Translations under genes and position numbers: made by a program | Notes under the pieces: model-generated | Told to the model about the DNA's origin: nothing | Database searches by the model: none | What the model saw: the letters and a program-made list of their open reading frames with translations, nothing else | From: Escherichia phage vB_VIPECOMC04 | Sequence record: PQ423993.1 | Direction: 5' to 3' (one strand) | DNA length: 45,658 nucleotides | In this document: positions 7,812 through 17,257 of the stretch, one piece after another | Numbering within the stretch: the first letter of the stretch is position 1 | Layout: every line of letters begins with the position of its first letter

Positions 7812-8041
7812 CCGAGTTCCAGTCACGCGTATTTACGGCAGTCGTTTCGTTAACACGCAAAAAAGGTTCGTGCAGCGTTATCGACTTGCGCCGTAGCTAT
7901 TTTAAGTACTATAGTTCCGCCATTATTGAAGGGTCGTTGAAGGTGCTGGTTAAATCTGGTGTCGTGAAAAATGTTGGCGGGAGATATAGTGCCGTTGCAG
8001 AAGTTCGCGGAATGACCGCTACTTTAGAAGACCTGGAATAA
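7808..8041 (+). CDS. hypothetical protein with C-terminal EDLE tail
   Basis: ORF track; ends ...TATLEDLE, the same tail as the primase/helicase and exonuclease. Confidence 0.45.
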   Translation: MTEFQSRVFTAVVSLTRKKGSCSVIDLRRSYFKYYSSAIIEGSLKVLVKSGVVKNVGGRYSAVAEVRGMTATLEDLE

Positions 8042-8099
8042 AAGAAAGCCCCGACGCGGTGAACGCCGAGGCAAAATTACTTGCTGAAGGAAATACAAC

Positions 8100-10340
8100 A
8101 TGACCGATGTAATTTTATCCTACTCGTGGTCTCGTCGCAACGCGCGGGCAGAGAAAAAGGATATAAACGTCAGAACCACACACACGGCAACACTGGACGA
8201 CCTGAAAGAGTTAATACAGCCGCTTGATGCCGTTCGTGGCGGAATTAACCCTAAGACCGCACCAGGCTACATCACCGCCGCGTGTGACTCAACGCACAGC
8301 ACCGTAAAAGACCCGGAAACAGGTGACTTTAAGCAAGCGCGCAAAGGTTTCTTTTATCGCTGTGACGCGTCTGTAATCAAATCGTCACTTGCGTATCTGG
8401 ACTTCGACAGTGCAACGCCGGAAGAGTATCGGGAAGCGGTGCGCCTGGTTAAGCGCAGCCGCCCAGCGATGTGCCTCTACACTACGGCATCACATACCGA
8501 TGAGTCGCCGCGCTTTCGCGTCGTCATGCCGCTGGCCCACCCGGTTGAAGGGGGTGACATCATCCGTGTTCGGCATGGATTGCTGGAGCACTTCTTCAAA
8601 GGCATGGGTGCGGACCGTAGCGGGTTCACTCTGTCTCAGCCGATGTACCTGCCGCCGGTTGGCTCTACTGTTATCTGGTCGCGCCGTAACGACCTGATTG
8701 ACCCCGACGAGTTACTGGAAGGTATCCCCGCCGTTGATGTTAGCAGCGCATCGGATTACCAGATACCAGAAGAACTGCGCACCGCGTTTACAGCTGCGTT
8801 CGAAGCCCTGGCGTTCGAATACGGCGGCATCATGACCCCACGCGGCCTTAAGATGCCAGCTACACCAGAACACGCAGAGAACTACAGCGACCCGACGCCG
8901 CGCCCAGACGACTTCCTGTTGTGCTTCCCGCGCGCCGGGTACGAAGCACCGAACGTAACCATGATTCACGACACCGACATTACTGCAACAGAAGGCATGT
9001 CACCGAAAGAGGTGTGGAAGTATGCGTGTGACGCTACCGGGCTGCCGTTCAGTGAAGTGGCTGAGGCCATCGGATGGGGTGCGCGGGAGTCCGTTTCATG
9101 CAGCCTGGACGACCTGGAAGATGACGAGGACTCAGAGGGTGACGAGTTACCAGAACCGGTAAAGGCTGATTTCGTCGTAGAAGGGTACATGCCGTCGGAT
9201 TGCATATGGGATATTGTTGGGGAATCCGGTACGTATAAATCATTCTATACGCTTGGGATGATGTACCTGAGCGCCGCCGGATACCGGTTTGCGGGAGCCG
9301 ATACCCAGCGTTGCCACCATTTCTATATTGACGGTGAGGGTGGCGCGACCACACGCACACGTATCGATGCGCTCGCGGCTAAATATGGTGAGGAAGGTAA
9401 AGATTATGTACATGTCATCGACATGGGTGAAGTAGGCAAACTGAAAAGCCTGATCAAGCTAATGCGCGAAACTGCTGGTGACGAGCCAATTGGCATGGTT
9501 GCGTTCGACACACTCAACCAGACACTGGCACTGACGATTGATAAGTTCGACGAGAACAGTTCATCAACGGCAATCGGCATGGGTAAAGTTATCGCCATCC
9601 TGAAAGAAGTGCGTGACGCTACTAAAGCCGCGGTAGGCGTTGTTCACCACACACCGAAGGGTGGAAAGAAAGCCCGTGGTAGCGGGGCGCTGTATGCCGG
9701 TGTTGATGTGGAGCTTACAATTGAGCGCGCAACCGACCGTCAGATAAACGTATACCACTCGAAATTTAAGCACGGGCCCCAACAGAAAACGGTTGGCATG
9801 GTGCTGGAGTCTGTACAGTTCCGTGAAGCCCCGCCGCCGAAAGAGTACCGTGCAGTTGAGTTCCTGGGTAACACAGAGGAATACGGCGCAATCGTAAACC
9901 TGGACTTGCCGGAACCACACAAAGCGCTTGTGCTGATGCCGTGGGGCTTCGAGCCGTTCAAAACTGACGAGGAGAAAGAGCGGGAAGAAGGGCTGACAAA
10001 GGAAGGTAAAGAAAACGTAAAGAATGCTGTAAAACGTGGGAAGGATGAAGGGCGTAAGGAATCAATACTCGCCGCGCTGGAAGACCTGCAACAGTCCGAC
10101 GACACAGGCCGCGGTTTTACCCAACGGCAGATAGTGGCGAACTCAGGCGACCACGCTATCACAAACCACCATCTTGAGAAGATGCTGAAAGAAGGTGAGT
10201 TGATGCTTGGGTGTGATGCCAACGGTGAAGTTATACCGGGCACATACCGGATACCTGAAAAGATGGGTGACAGATTAAGACCGAAGACAATATACGAACC
10301 GAATGGAATGCTGGTGGTGACAGAAGAGGATTTGGAATAG
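8100..10340 (+). CDS. primase-polymerase (AEP-like) fused to a RepA/DnaB-like AAA ATPase
   Basis: N-terminal AEP-like motifs (LDFD, ASHTDES); central Walker A GESGTYKS and Walker-B-like MVAFD; ends ...VVTEEDLE. Confidence 0.7.
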   Translation: MTDVILSYSWSRRNARAEKKDINVRTTHTATLDDLKELIQPLDAVRGGINPKTAPGYITAACDSTHSTVKDPETGDFKQARKGFFYRCDASVIKSSLAYLDFDSATPEEYREAVRLVKRSRPAMCLYTTASHTDESPRFRVVMPLAHPVEGGDIIRVRHGLLEHFFKGMGADRSGFTLSQPMYLPPVGSTVIWSRRNDLIDPDELLEGIPAVDVSSASDYQIPEELRTAFTAAFEALAFEYGGIMTPRGLKMPATPEHAENYSDPTPRPDDFLLCFPRAGYEAPNVTMIHDTDITATEGMSPKEVWKYACDATGLPFSEVAEAIGWGARESVSCSLDDLEDDEDSEGDELPEPVKADFVVEGYMPSDCIWDIVGESGTYKSFYTLGMMYLSAAGYRFAGADTQRCHHFYIDGEGGATTRTRIDALAAKYGEEGKDYVHVIDMGEVGKLKSLIKLMRETAGDEPIGMVAFDTLNQTLALTIDKFDENSSSTAIGMGKVIAILKEVRDATKAAVGVVHHTPKGGKKARGSGALYAGVDVELTIERATDRQINVYHSKFKHGPQQKTVGMVLESVQFREAPPPKEYRAVEFLGNTEEYGAIVNLDLPEPHKALVLMPWGFEPFKTDEEKEREEGLTKEGKENVKNAVKRGKDEGRKESILAALEDLQQSDDTGRGFTQRQIVANSGDHAITNHHLEKMLKEGELMLGCDANGEVIPGTYRIPEKMGDRLRPKTIYEPNGMLVVTEEDLE

Positions 10341-10357
10341 GTAAAAAGAAAGGGGCG

Positions 10358-10573
10358 TTAAGCCCCTTCACCGAACGCCAGCCACTTGGCGTCTACTTCC
10401 AGTACTTCCGCCAGTTTAAACAGCGTTGCCGGGCGGACGTCCTGAGTTACCCCAAGTGCCAGCTGGTTAATTGCGCCCTGGGACACCCCAGTCAGGACAG
10501 CCAGACGGCGCTGGGAGATGCCAAGTTCTTTACGGCGTTGTTCTACACGAATGCCTAGTTCAGATGGTTGCAT
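10358..10573 (-). CDS. XRE/Cro-CI family HTH transcriptional regulator
   Basis: 71 aa; ISQRRLAVLTGVSQGAINQLALG is a classic XRE helix-turn-helix; AAGGAG RBS; divergent from the class A promoters. Confidence 0.75.
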   Translation of the reverse strand: MQPSELGIRVEQRRKELGISQRRLAVLTGVSQGAINQLALGVTQDVRPATLFKLAEVLEVDAKWLAFGEGA

Positions 10574-10593
10574 TTCAATTACTCCTTAGTTAG

Positions 10594-10622
10594 TTGACAT
10601 GTGAATAGTACCATATTAATTA
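10594..10622 (+). promoter_or_regulatory. promoter-like element, class A (degenerate -10) with operator
   Basis: TTGACA-17-TAATTA; contains GAATAGT-ac-CATATTA; sits 44 bp upstream of a better copy. Confidence 0.35.
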
Positions 10623-10637
10623 TTTTAGAAAAGCCCA

Positions 10638-10666
10638 TTGACATGTGAATAGTTCGCTATTATAGT
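10638..10666 (+). promoter_or_regulatory. sigma70-like promoter, class A, with operator
   Basis: TTGACA-17-TATAGT; spacer holds the palindrome GAATAGT-tc-GCTATTA (10647-10662); 32 nt upstream of ATG 10698. Confidence 0.6.
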
Positions 10667-10697
10667 TAACCCATACCAAACGAGAGGAGAGAAACAA

Positions 10698-11198
10698 ATG
10701 TTAGAGAAATTCTTAGTATTACTGGAACGTTTCGTAGTTGCGCATGAACTGATTGCTGCGAATAGTGCGAAACAGTTCGCGCCAACTACTGCCAAAGAGG
10801 CTGCCGCAGTAGCCGCTCATAAAATTGAGCAGTTCTCTGAAAGTATTAAAGAAGAAACAAAAGAAATCTCGGTCGAAGGTGAAGACGTCGTTGACACTAA
10901 ACCAGCAGAAGAAGAGAAGCCTAAACGCAAGCCGCGTAAAGCTAAAGTAGAGGAACCAACGCCAGAACCGGAAGAAGAGAAAGAAGAAGTCGATTACCAG
11001 TCTCTGCGTGACCAGATTCAGGCTATCGACGATGCGATTAACGAAGGTCCGAGCGACGCCGCGTGTGATGATTCCGATGAACTGCTTGAAGAGTTCACCG
11101 GTAAGAAGATGAAGATTGCCGCGATTAAAGACGAAGACCTGGCTGAATACCTGGAACGACTGACAGCAATCAAGAACAAGTATTTCGAAGAAGAATAA
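10698..11198 (+). CDS. acidic low-complexity protein
   Basis: ORF track; E/K/P-rich, ends ...KYFEEE; GAGGAGAGA RBS. Confidence 0.45.
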   Translation: MLEKFLVLLERFVVAHELIAANSAKQFAPTTAKEAAAVAAHKIEQFSESIKEETKEISVEGEDVVDTKPAEEEKPKRKPRKAKVEEPTPEPEEEKEEVDYQSLRDQIQAIDDAINEGPSDAACDDSDELLEEFTGKKMKIAAIKDEDLAEYLERLTAIKNKYFEEE

Positions 11199-11241
11199 CT
11201 ATCCTGCGGCCCTCGGGCCGCTTTAACTGAGGGTCGGAATT

Positions 11242-11514
11242 ATGATTTACCAACTCTACCGTGCCGTTGACAGGCGGGATAACACAGAGGCGCTATGGTT
11301 ATTGCGTGCGCCGTCCGGTGCTCACCAGATGGAAGAGATGGCGTACTTAGGCAAAGTACCGCGGGCTAAAGATATAAGCCGTCATGTGTCGCAGATTAAG
11401 CGCACGACTTTTGCCAAGCCTGACTTTTATGTCTTCGAGTCGATGTATGGATGGGCCATGCATTGCCAGCACCCGACCAGACATTTAATTGACCAGTGGG
11501 AGAGCAGGGTATGA
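11242..11514 (+). CDS. hypothetical protein
   Basis: ORF track. Confidence 0.4.
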   Translation: MIYQLYRAVDRRDNTEALWLLRAPSGAHQMEEMAYLGKVPRAKDISRHVSQIKRTTFAKPDFYVFESMYGWAMHCQHPTRHLIDQWESRV

Positions 11515-11858
11515 CGGATAAATGGTGGCTTAATTTGCGCAGCGGTGACAAGGTTTACACCGTCGGTGACCGCAGAAAGAACAGCGGCGTAGCTACTGTG
11601 TTACAAAACGGCAAAAAGTACATCCACATTGCGCATGAAGCCCGGGCGCTCCGCGTGAATAAATCTTCTGGTAGGCTTGAGGATTACCCGAAAACATTAA
11701 TATACAAAAGTGAAAAGCATCACATGGCCGCTGTTGACGCAAGACGTCAGTTCGCAGGAATGTTGCGACAGTTAAGCGACTTACATCGCGATGATTCTTT
11801 CACACCCTCAGAAGAACAGCTACAGGCATTAAACTTGTATTTGGAGAGTTTACGATGA
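11511..11858 (+). CDS. hypothetical protein
   Basis: ATG 11511 overlaps the upstream stop (ATGA); ORF track frame. Confidence 0.4.
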   Translation: MTDKWWLNLRSGDKVYTVGDRRKNSGVATVLQNGKKYIHIAHEARALRVNKSSGRLEDYPKTLIYKSEKHHMAAVDARRQFAGMLRQLSDLHRDDSFTPSEEQLQALNLYLESLR

Positions 11859-13096
11859 TTCTAAAAGAACGCGGCGGCAATAACGATGTTCACGCCTTAC
11901 TTTCGCCGTCAGGTGCTAAAAAATGGCTGTCATGCGCTGCATCACTGGCCTGTGAAAAAGATATTCCTAACACGTCGGGTAAATCCGCCGTTACGGGGAC
12001 AGCGTGCCACACCATAGCTGAAGTCCATCTCAACGCCTATATCCGCGGCACTGCGTTGCCGTTAGAGCGTGAAGTTGGCGCTTACGTGCTGGATGAGGGT
12101 AAAGGCCAGATTAAGGCGCTAATCAGCCCGATGAAAGGCGCGGTACTGATTACGGCGGACATGATTGAGCAGGTGCGCAAGTACACCGACTACTGCAAAG
12201 CGATTATCGACGTTGCAACTTACGCAAAGCTGGAGATGCGGGTAAATCTTACTGAGGTGCTGCATCCTGGTTACGAAGGCGTTGAGACATTCGGAACTGC
12301 TGACCTTGTTGCCGTTCAGGAACTGGCGAACACAGACGAGCACATGCTCATTATCGGAGACCTTAAAACAGGACGGCATCGTGTTGAAGCGAAAGAAAAC
12401 AAGCAGCTTATGCTCTACGCTCTCGGTGTTTATCGCCGACTCAAGAGACGTTATAACATCACCGCGGTTCGTCTGGCCATCTTTCAGCCATACGCTGGCG
12501 GCGCGTCGGAGTGGGACATCTCGGTTGAAGGTCTGGAACTGTTCGCTAAGTTTGCGCAGAAACGGGCGCTGTTAGCTCTTGATGCGTATTTCCGTGGTAA
12601 AAAGAACCTGAAAGCGTCGGACTTCAGGCCGTCTGTCGACGGTTGCCAATGGTGCCGTTTCTCAGAGCAGTGCGCCGCGCGTACAAAAACCGTCAACGCG
12701 GTGCTGGCGGAAGAACTGGAGGACGACTTTGCGCTGGAACTGACGCCGGAGCAACTCGTCGCTGAGTATGAGAAGCTGCCGCTGTTGCGCCAGCACATCG
12801 ATAAGGTTGAGAAAGCTATGGCTGCTGCGTTGCATTCCGGTAAGAAAGTTCCTGGGTACAAGCTGGTTGAAGGTAAGATGGGCAATCGTGCGTGGAAAGA
12901 CGCGGAGAAAGTAACAGAACTCTACGGCGACAAGCTGACTAAAGAAGTGCTCATGACGCCAACCGAAGCTGTTAAAGTGATACCGGAAGAAGAACTGAAA
13001 GACTTCATCACACGTAAGCCAGGTGCCCCATGCATCACAACGGCAGACGACAAACGGCCTGAGTGGAATCAGGTTAGTGAAGAAGATTTGGAATAA
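11855..13096 (+). CDS. PD-(D/E)XK exonuclease, Cas4/RecB-like with Fe-S cysteines
   Basis: Motifs IIGDLKTG and QLMLYALG plus Cys pattern C...CQWCRFSEQC; ends ...VSEEDLE. Confidence 0.7.
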   Translation: MILKERGGNNDVHALLSPSGAKKWLSCAASLACEKDIPNTSGKSAVTGTACHTIAEVHLNAYIRGTALPLEREVGAYVLDEGKGQIKALISPMKGAVLITADMIEQVRKYTDYCKAIIDVATYAKLEMRVNLTEVLHPGYEGVETFGTADLVAVQELANTDEHMLIIGDLKTGRHRVEAKENKQLMLYALGVYRRLKRRYNITAVRLAIFQPYAGGASEWDISVEGLELFAKFAQKRALLALDAYFRGKKNLKASDFRPSVDGCQWCRFSEQCAARTKTVNAVLAEELEDDFALELTPEQLVAEYEKLPLLRQHIDKVEKAMAAALHSGKKVPGYKLVEGKMGNRAWKDAEKVTELYGDKLTKEVLMTPTEAVKVIPEEELKDFITRKPGAPCITTADDKRPEWNQVSEEDLE

Positions 13097-13101
13097 AGTG
13101 T

Positions 13102-13130
13102 TGACACCTGAATAGTTAGCTATTATAGTT
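13102..13130 (+). promoter_or_regulatory. sigma70-like promoter, class A, with operator
   Basis: TTGACA-17-TATAGT; palindrome GAATAGT-ta-GCTATTA at 13111-13126; upstream of the SSB gene. Confidence 0.6.
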
Positions 13131-13184
13131 CTAATCACTGGCCGGGCAGCTCCCGGAGTAAACTGAAAACTGAGGAATCGAGAA

Positions 13185-13811
13185 ATGGGGCTGAAATTAA
13201 ATCTGCGTAAAGTAAACACTGCCTGGGTTAACGTATTCGAACGCGAAAAAGACCGTGAAAATGATGATGGTTCAATCACTAAAGGTCAGTACAGCGCGAC
13301 TATTATCCTGCCGTCCGACCACGCGCAAATCGACGCGCTCTACGACACCGTTTACGCTGTAGTTGAAGAAGCGTTAGGTGCAGCCGCCGCTGAGAAGTGG
13401 ATGAAGTCTAACTACGGCGAAGGTAAGCACATGGATAAATGTGCGATTAAAGACATTGCTGAGCGTGACAATCCGTTTGAAGACTTCCCGGAGGGCTTCT
13501 ACTTCAAAGCGAAGGCACAGAAACAGCCGCTGATTGTTACCTCTAAAAAAGGTGAGACTCAGGTAGAGCAGGACTTCAATGTAGACGGCGAACAGATTGA
13601 AGGTGAACAAGTTTACAGCGGCTGCGTCGCTAACGTAAGCGTCGAAATCTGGTTCAGCCAGAAATACAAAGTCCTCGGCGTTAACCTGCTGGCTATTAAA
13701 TACGTAGGCGAAGGTAAAGCGTTCGGCGGTTCTAAAGTCGCCGCAAGCGTCAATGACCTGGAAGATGACGAAGAAGAAGAAGCACCGCGCCGCGAACGTC
13801 GCCGCCGCTAA
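13185..13811 (+). CDS. ssDNA-binding protein, T7 gp2.5-like
   Basis: Beta-rich core resembling gp2.5-type SSBs; tail DLEDDEEEEAPRRERRRR (acidic then basic). Confidence 0.55.
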   Translation: MGLKLNLRKVNTAWVNVFEREKDRENDDGSITKGQYSATIILPSDHAQIDALYDTVYAVVEEALGAAAAEKWMKSNYGEGKHMDKCAIKDIAERDNPFEDFPEGFYFKAKAQKQPLIVTSKKGETQVEQDFNVDGEQIEGEQVYSGCVANVSVEIWFSQKYKVLGVNLLAIKYVGEGKAFGGSKVAASVNDLEDDEEEEAPRRERRRR

Positions 13812-13830
13812 TATCTGAATGAATTTAACT

Positions 13831-13856
13831 AAGGCCCTTCATTGGGCCTTTTTACC
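13831..13856 (+). terminator. intrinsic terminator
   Basis: AAGGCCC-ttcatt-GGGCCTT followed by TTTACC. Confidence 0.5.
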
Positions 13857-13865
13857 GGAGTCAGA

Positions 13866-14339
13866 ATGGAACATATAAAAGATTTTCTTAGCTATAACCG
13901 AGAAACCGGAATATTCATATGGATACAACCTACATACAGACGAGGGAAACCTGGAGACATCGCAGGATGCATCAATAGTAGTGGATACTGGCGAATACCT
14001 TATATGGGTAGATATTACATGGCCCACAGGCTCGCTTGGTTTTTCGAGTACGGTGAATGGCCCGAGGGTCCTCTTGACCACATAAACCGTGACAGGTTAG
14101 ACAATAGGATTTCTAACCTAAGGAAAGCAACCACCGCAGATAATGTGCGAAACGCTAAAAATAAGGGGGCTAGAACGGGAGTTAAGGGAGTAGTTAAAAC
14201 CGACAACCGATTTTATGGGCGGGTACATTTTAACTACAAAAGTTATAATGCGGGTAGCTACGGAACTCTTGAAGAAGCAGAAAGCGCTGTAAAGAAATTA
14301 AGAGAAAAATTGCATAAGGAATTTTATTGCCATGACTAG
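13866..14339 (+). CDS. HNH homing endonuclease with AP2 domain
   Basis: HRLAWFFEYGEWPEGPLDHINRDRLDNRISNLR (HNH) followed by an AP2-like segment; abuts the DNA polymerase start. Confidence 0.8.
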   Translation: MEHIKDFLSYNRETGIFIWIQPTYRRGKPGDIAGCINSSGYWRIPYMGRYYMAHRLAWFFEYGEWPEGPLDHINRDRLDNRISNLRKATTADNVRNAKNKGARTGVKGVVKTDNRFYGRVHFNYKSYNAGSYGTLEEAESAVKKLREKLHKEFYCHD

Positions 14340-16530
14340 TTTATTATACCTGGATACCGAGACATTCTCCGAAGCAGACTTAAAGAAAGTCGGGTCGTAT
14401 GCGTATGCGGAGCACCCAACGACAGAGGTTATAATTTGTACATATGCCGTTGATGATGGCCCTGTAGAAATATGGGATTGCACTTCCGAACCTGTAATGC
14501 CGATAAGCCTCTGTGTGGCTCTCCGTAATGTTATGCGTGGGCGTATGAAAATCGTGGGCCATAACTTTTTAATGTTCGACAGGCTCGTCATGAAACACTG
14601 CTGGGACTTTGATATTCCTGTAGGCAACACCATTGATACGATGATTTGGGCGTTTCGTCACGCGCTGCCGGGTTCCCTCGATGCGTTGTGCGAAGTGCTG
14701 GGCGTGTCAGCAGACAACGCGAAAGACAAACGAGGCAAGGCGCTGATTCAGCGTTTCTCTAAACCGACGCCGAAGAACTACAAAATCCGTCGCTACACCG
14801 CTGAAACACACCCGGACGAGTGGGCACTGTTCATCAAATACGCCGTGAGTGACATCACCGCAATGCGTGAAGTCTTCCATAAGCTGCCGCGGTGGGGTAA
14901 CTCCGAGTTAGAAGACCGTGTACTGGAACTGGACCAGTTAATCAACGACCGCGGGTTTAAGGTTGACGTTGCTCTGGCAGAAGCCGCGATTGAAGCTGTG
15001 GAGAAGCACAAGGCACAGTTACAGGAAGAAGCCCAACGCAAATACGGCGGCTCGCTTACCGGAAAGGACTTCCTTCCTATTCTGCGTGAACTTGCCCCAG
15101 CGCACCGCATACACAACGCACAGAAGTCGACGCTTAACGACCTGTTGGCGGACGATGATTTACCGGACGATGCTCGCACGATTATCGAAATGCGCCTCGG
15201 GGCCGCATCCACCGCGTCAACGAAATATAACCCATTGCTGTTGGGCCGCTCATCGGACGACCGCCGCCGGGGTTGTTTACAGTACGGTGGGGCAAAACGC
15301 ACTTTGCGGTGGGCGGGTAAAGGCTTCCAACCACAGAACCTGGCGCGCGGGTACTATCACGATGATGAACTGGATAAAGGCATTTCAGCGTTACTTAAAG
15401 GCCGGGCACACCGCCGTTTTGATGTAGCCAAGCTAACGGCATCGACGGTACGTAGCTGCATCATACCGGAAGTGGGGCATAAGTTTGTTGTTGCCGATTA
15501 CTCTAACGTTGAGGGTCGTGGGCTTGTGTGGTTGGCAGGCGAAGAAACCGCGCTTGATACTTTCCGCGCCGGGTTGGATATTTATTGCGTAACTGCAGGT
15601 AAGATGTTTGGCATGGACCCCGACGATATTAAGAAAAACTTTAAGGAAATCAGACAGATAGGCAAGGCTTGCGAACTGGGCCTCGGTTACGAGGGAGGCG
15701 TCGGAGCATTCGTTACGTTCGCCAAAAACTTAGGCCTCGACCTTATTGAGATGGCTAAAACAATGGACGGTACGTTCCCCGACCACATCTGGGCCGCTAC
15801 CGCACGCGGGTATGAGTGGGCGCGCATCCAGGAAGCCAAGCGCCCCCCGCATCCAGGTGAGAAGGATGACCGACCATCGTATATTCTGGACAAGAAAGTG
15901 TGGCGCACCTGCGACGCAATCAAGCGTATGTGGCGCGAGTCACACCCGGAAACAGTAGCGTTCTGGCGCGACCTCAAAGACGGTATTTTAGCCGCTGTAA
16001 GAAATCCGGGTCGTGAATTTTGGGCGGGGGCGCATCTGCGCAAGAATGGCGAGCGCGCTATCCGAATCTGGAGAACAGTAGAAACCGATTCATCCGGTAG
16101 GAAGGTTCCCGGTTGGTGGTTGTGTATGGAGTTGCCGTCGGGCCGTATCCTCTCGTATCCAGGAATCGGCGTTAGCGTGACAAAAGAAACAGACGAAGAC
16201 GGACGGGTAAACACGAATGTGCGAATCAAGTACCAAGGTGAAAACCAGTTAACCCGCCAATGGACTACCCTGTACACCCACGGCGGCAAAGCCTGCGAAA
16301 ACATTGTTCAGGCGCTGTGCCGTGATTTACTCGCATATGCGATGGTTAATGTTGAGGGTGGCGGGTATCCAATCGTGCTTTCGGTACACGATGAACTGGT
16401 ATGTGAAACTCCAGATACGCCGGATTACACGGTGCCTGAGCTGGAAAAATTAATGTGCACGTTGCCTGAGTGGGCAGAAGGCTTCCCTCTTGTCGCGGAA
16501 GGTAGCGAAATGTACAGATATGCTAAATGA
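14332..16530 (+). CDS. family A DNA polymerase with 3'-5' exonuclease
   Basis: Exo I YLDTETFS; motif A DYSNVEGR; motif B RQIGKACELGLGYEGG; motif C VHDELVCE. Confidence 0.9.
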   Translation: MTSLLYLDTETFSEADLKKVGSYAYAEHPTTEVIICTYAVDDGPVEIWDCTSEPVMPISLCVALRNVMRGRMKIVGHNFLMFDRLVMKHCWDFDIPVGNTIDTMIWAFRHALPGSLDALCEVLGVSADNAKDKRGKALIQRFSKPTPKNYKIRRYTAETHPDEWALFIKYAVSDITAMREVFHKLPRWGNSELEDRVLELDQLINDRGFKVDVALAEAAIEAVEKHKAQLQEEAQRKYGGSLTGKDFLPILRELAPAHRIHNAQKSTLNDLLADDDLPDDARTIIEMRLGAASTASTKYNPLLLGRSSDDRRRGCLQYGGAKRTLRWAGKGFQPQNLARGYYHDDELDKGISALLKGRAHRRFDVAKLTASTVRSCIIPEVGHKFVVADYSNVEGRGLVWLAGEETALDTFRAGLDIYCVTAGKMFGMDPDDIKKNFKEIRQIGKACELGLGYEGGVGAFVTFAKNLGLDLIEMAKTMDGTFPDHIWAATARGYEWARIQEAKRPPHPGEKDDRPSYILDKKVWRTCDAIKRMWRESHPETVAFWRDLKDGILAAVRNPGREFWAGAHLRKNGERAIRIWRTVETDSSGRKVPGWWLCMELPSGRILSYPGIGVSVTKETDEDGRVNTNVRIKYQGENQLTRQWTTLYTHGGKACENIVQALCRDLLAYAMVNVEGGGYPIVLSVHDELVCETPDTPDYTVPELEKLMCTLPEWAEGFPLVAEGSEMYRYAK

Positions 16531-17042
16531 TGATGGGGTGGTTTATGAGAGATTTAATTAATTGGCATGACCATTTCTACTACGAACCTGACACGGGGAA
16601 GATACGATGGAAGTATTCCCCGAGACACAGTATAAACGCCGGAGACGAAGCCGGTAGTCCAAGTAAGAGAGGATACATCTGTATCGTCGTCAGAGGGGTT
16701 AGTTACAGGGCTAATCGTATCGCATGGGGGATGTATAACAATGACCGTTTAGGGCCTGATGATGAAGTAGACCATATAAATCATATCCTGGATGATAATC
16801 GTGCATGCAACCTTCGGAAAGTATCCCGTACTGATAATAACCGAAACGCATCTCGCAGAAAAGATAACAAGTCAGGTATCACTGGTGTGCACTGGAACGC
16901 ACGGGCGGCTAAATGGAAAGCAGGTATATTCGTTGACGGTAAACTTATATTCCCGGGCCACCATGACAATATATTTGACGCGGCTTGTGTACGGAAATCC
17001 GCGATTGTTCGCTACGGCTTTCATGAGAATCACGGAGGTTAG
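16527..17042 (+). CDS. HNH homing endonuclease with AP2 domain
   Basis: HNH core EVDHINHILDDNRACNLR plus AP2-like C-terminus; overlaps the DNA polymerase stop. Confidence 0.8.
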   Translation: MMMGWFMRDLINWHDHFYYEPDTGKIRWKYSPRHSINAGDEAGSPSKRGYICIVVRGVSYRANRIAWGMYNNDRLGPDDEVDHINHILDDNRACNLRKVSRTDNNRNASRRKDNKSGITGVHWNARAAKWKAGIFVDGKLIFPGHHDNIFDAACVRKSAIVRYGFHENHGG

Positions 17043-17043
17043 A

Positions 17044-17175
17044 ATGCTAAGTAAACTGATTATCGCGATACTGGCGGGATTCGCCGCCGGTGTCTATTGT
17101 CACGAGGGCCAATACGGCATGATGGTCGCCGTATTGGGTATGTTCATCGCAATTTATCTGTGGGTGCTGGAATGA
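17044..17175 (+). CDS. small membrane peptide (43 aa)
   Basis: ATG 17044 with GGAGG upstream; hydrophobic throughout. Confidence 0.3.
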   Translation: MLSKLIIAILAGFAAGVYCHEGQYGMMVAVLGMFIAIYLWVLE

Positions 17176-17257
17176 AAATCTACTGGTTCTACGAAGAAGA
17201 CTGCCGAATCTGTCCGCGCTGCGGTATTGCGCATACGAAACGGGAGGGGTGCGTATT

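Noticed and set aside
12662-13279. Long antisense ORFs inside large genes (for example 12662..13279, 9740..10243, 15687..16304, 27951..28646, 32027..32932, 36689..37600)
   Set aside because: They lie opposite well-supported genes, have low-complexity S/R/A-rich translations and no RBS; treated as shadow ORFs.
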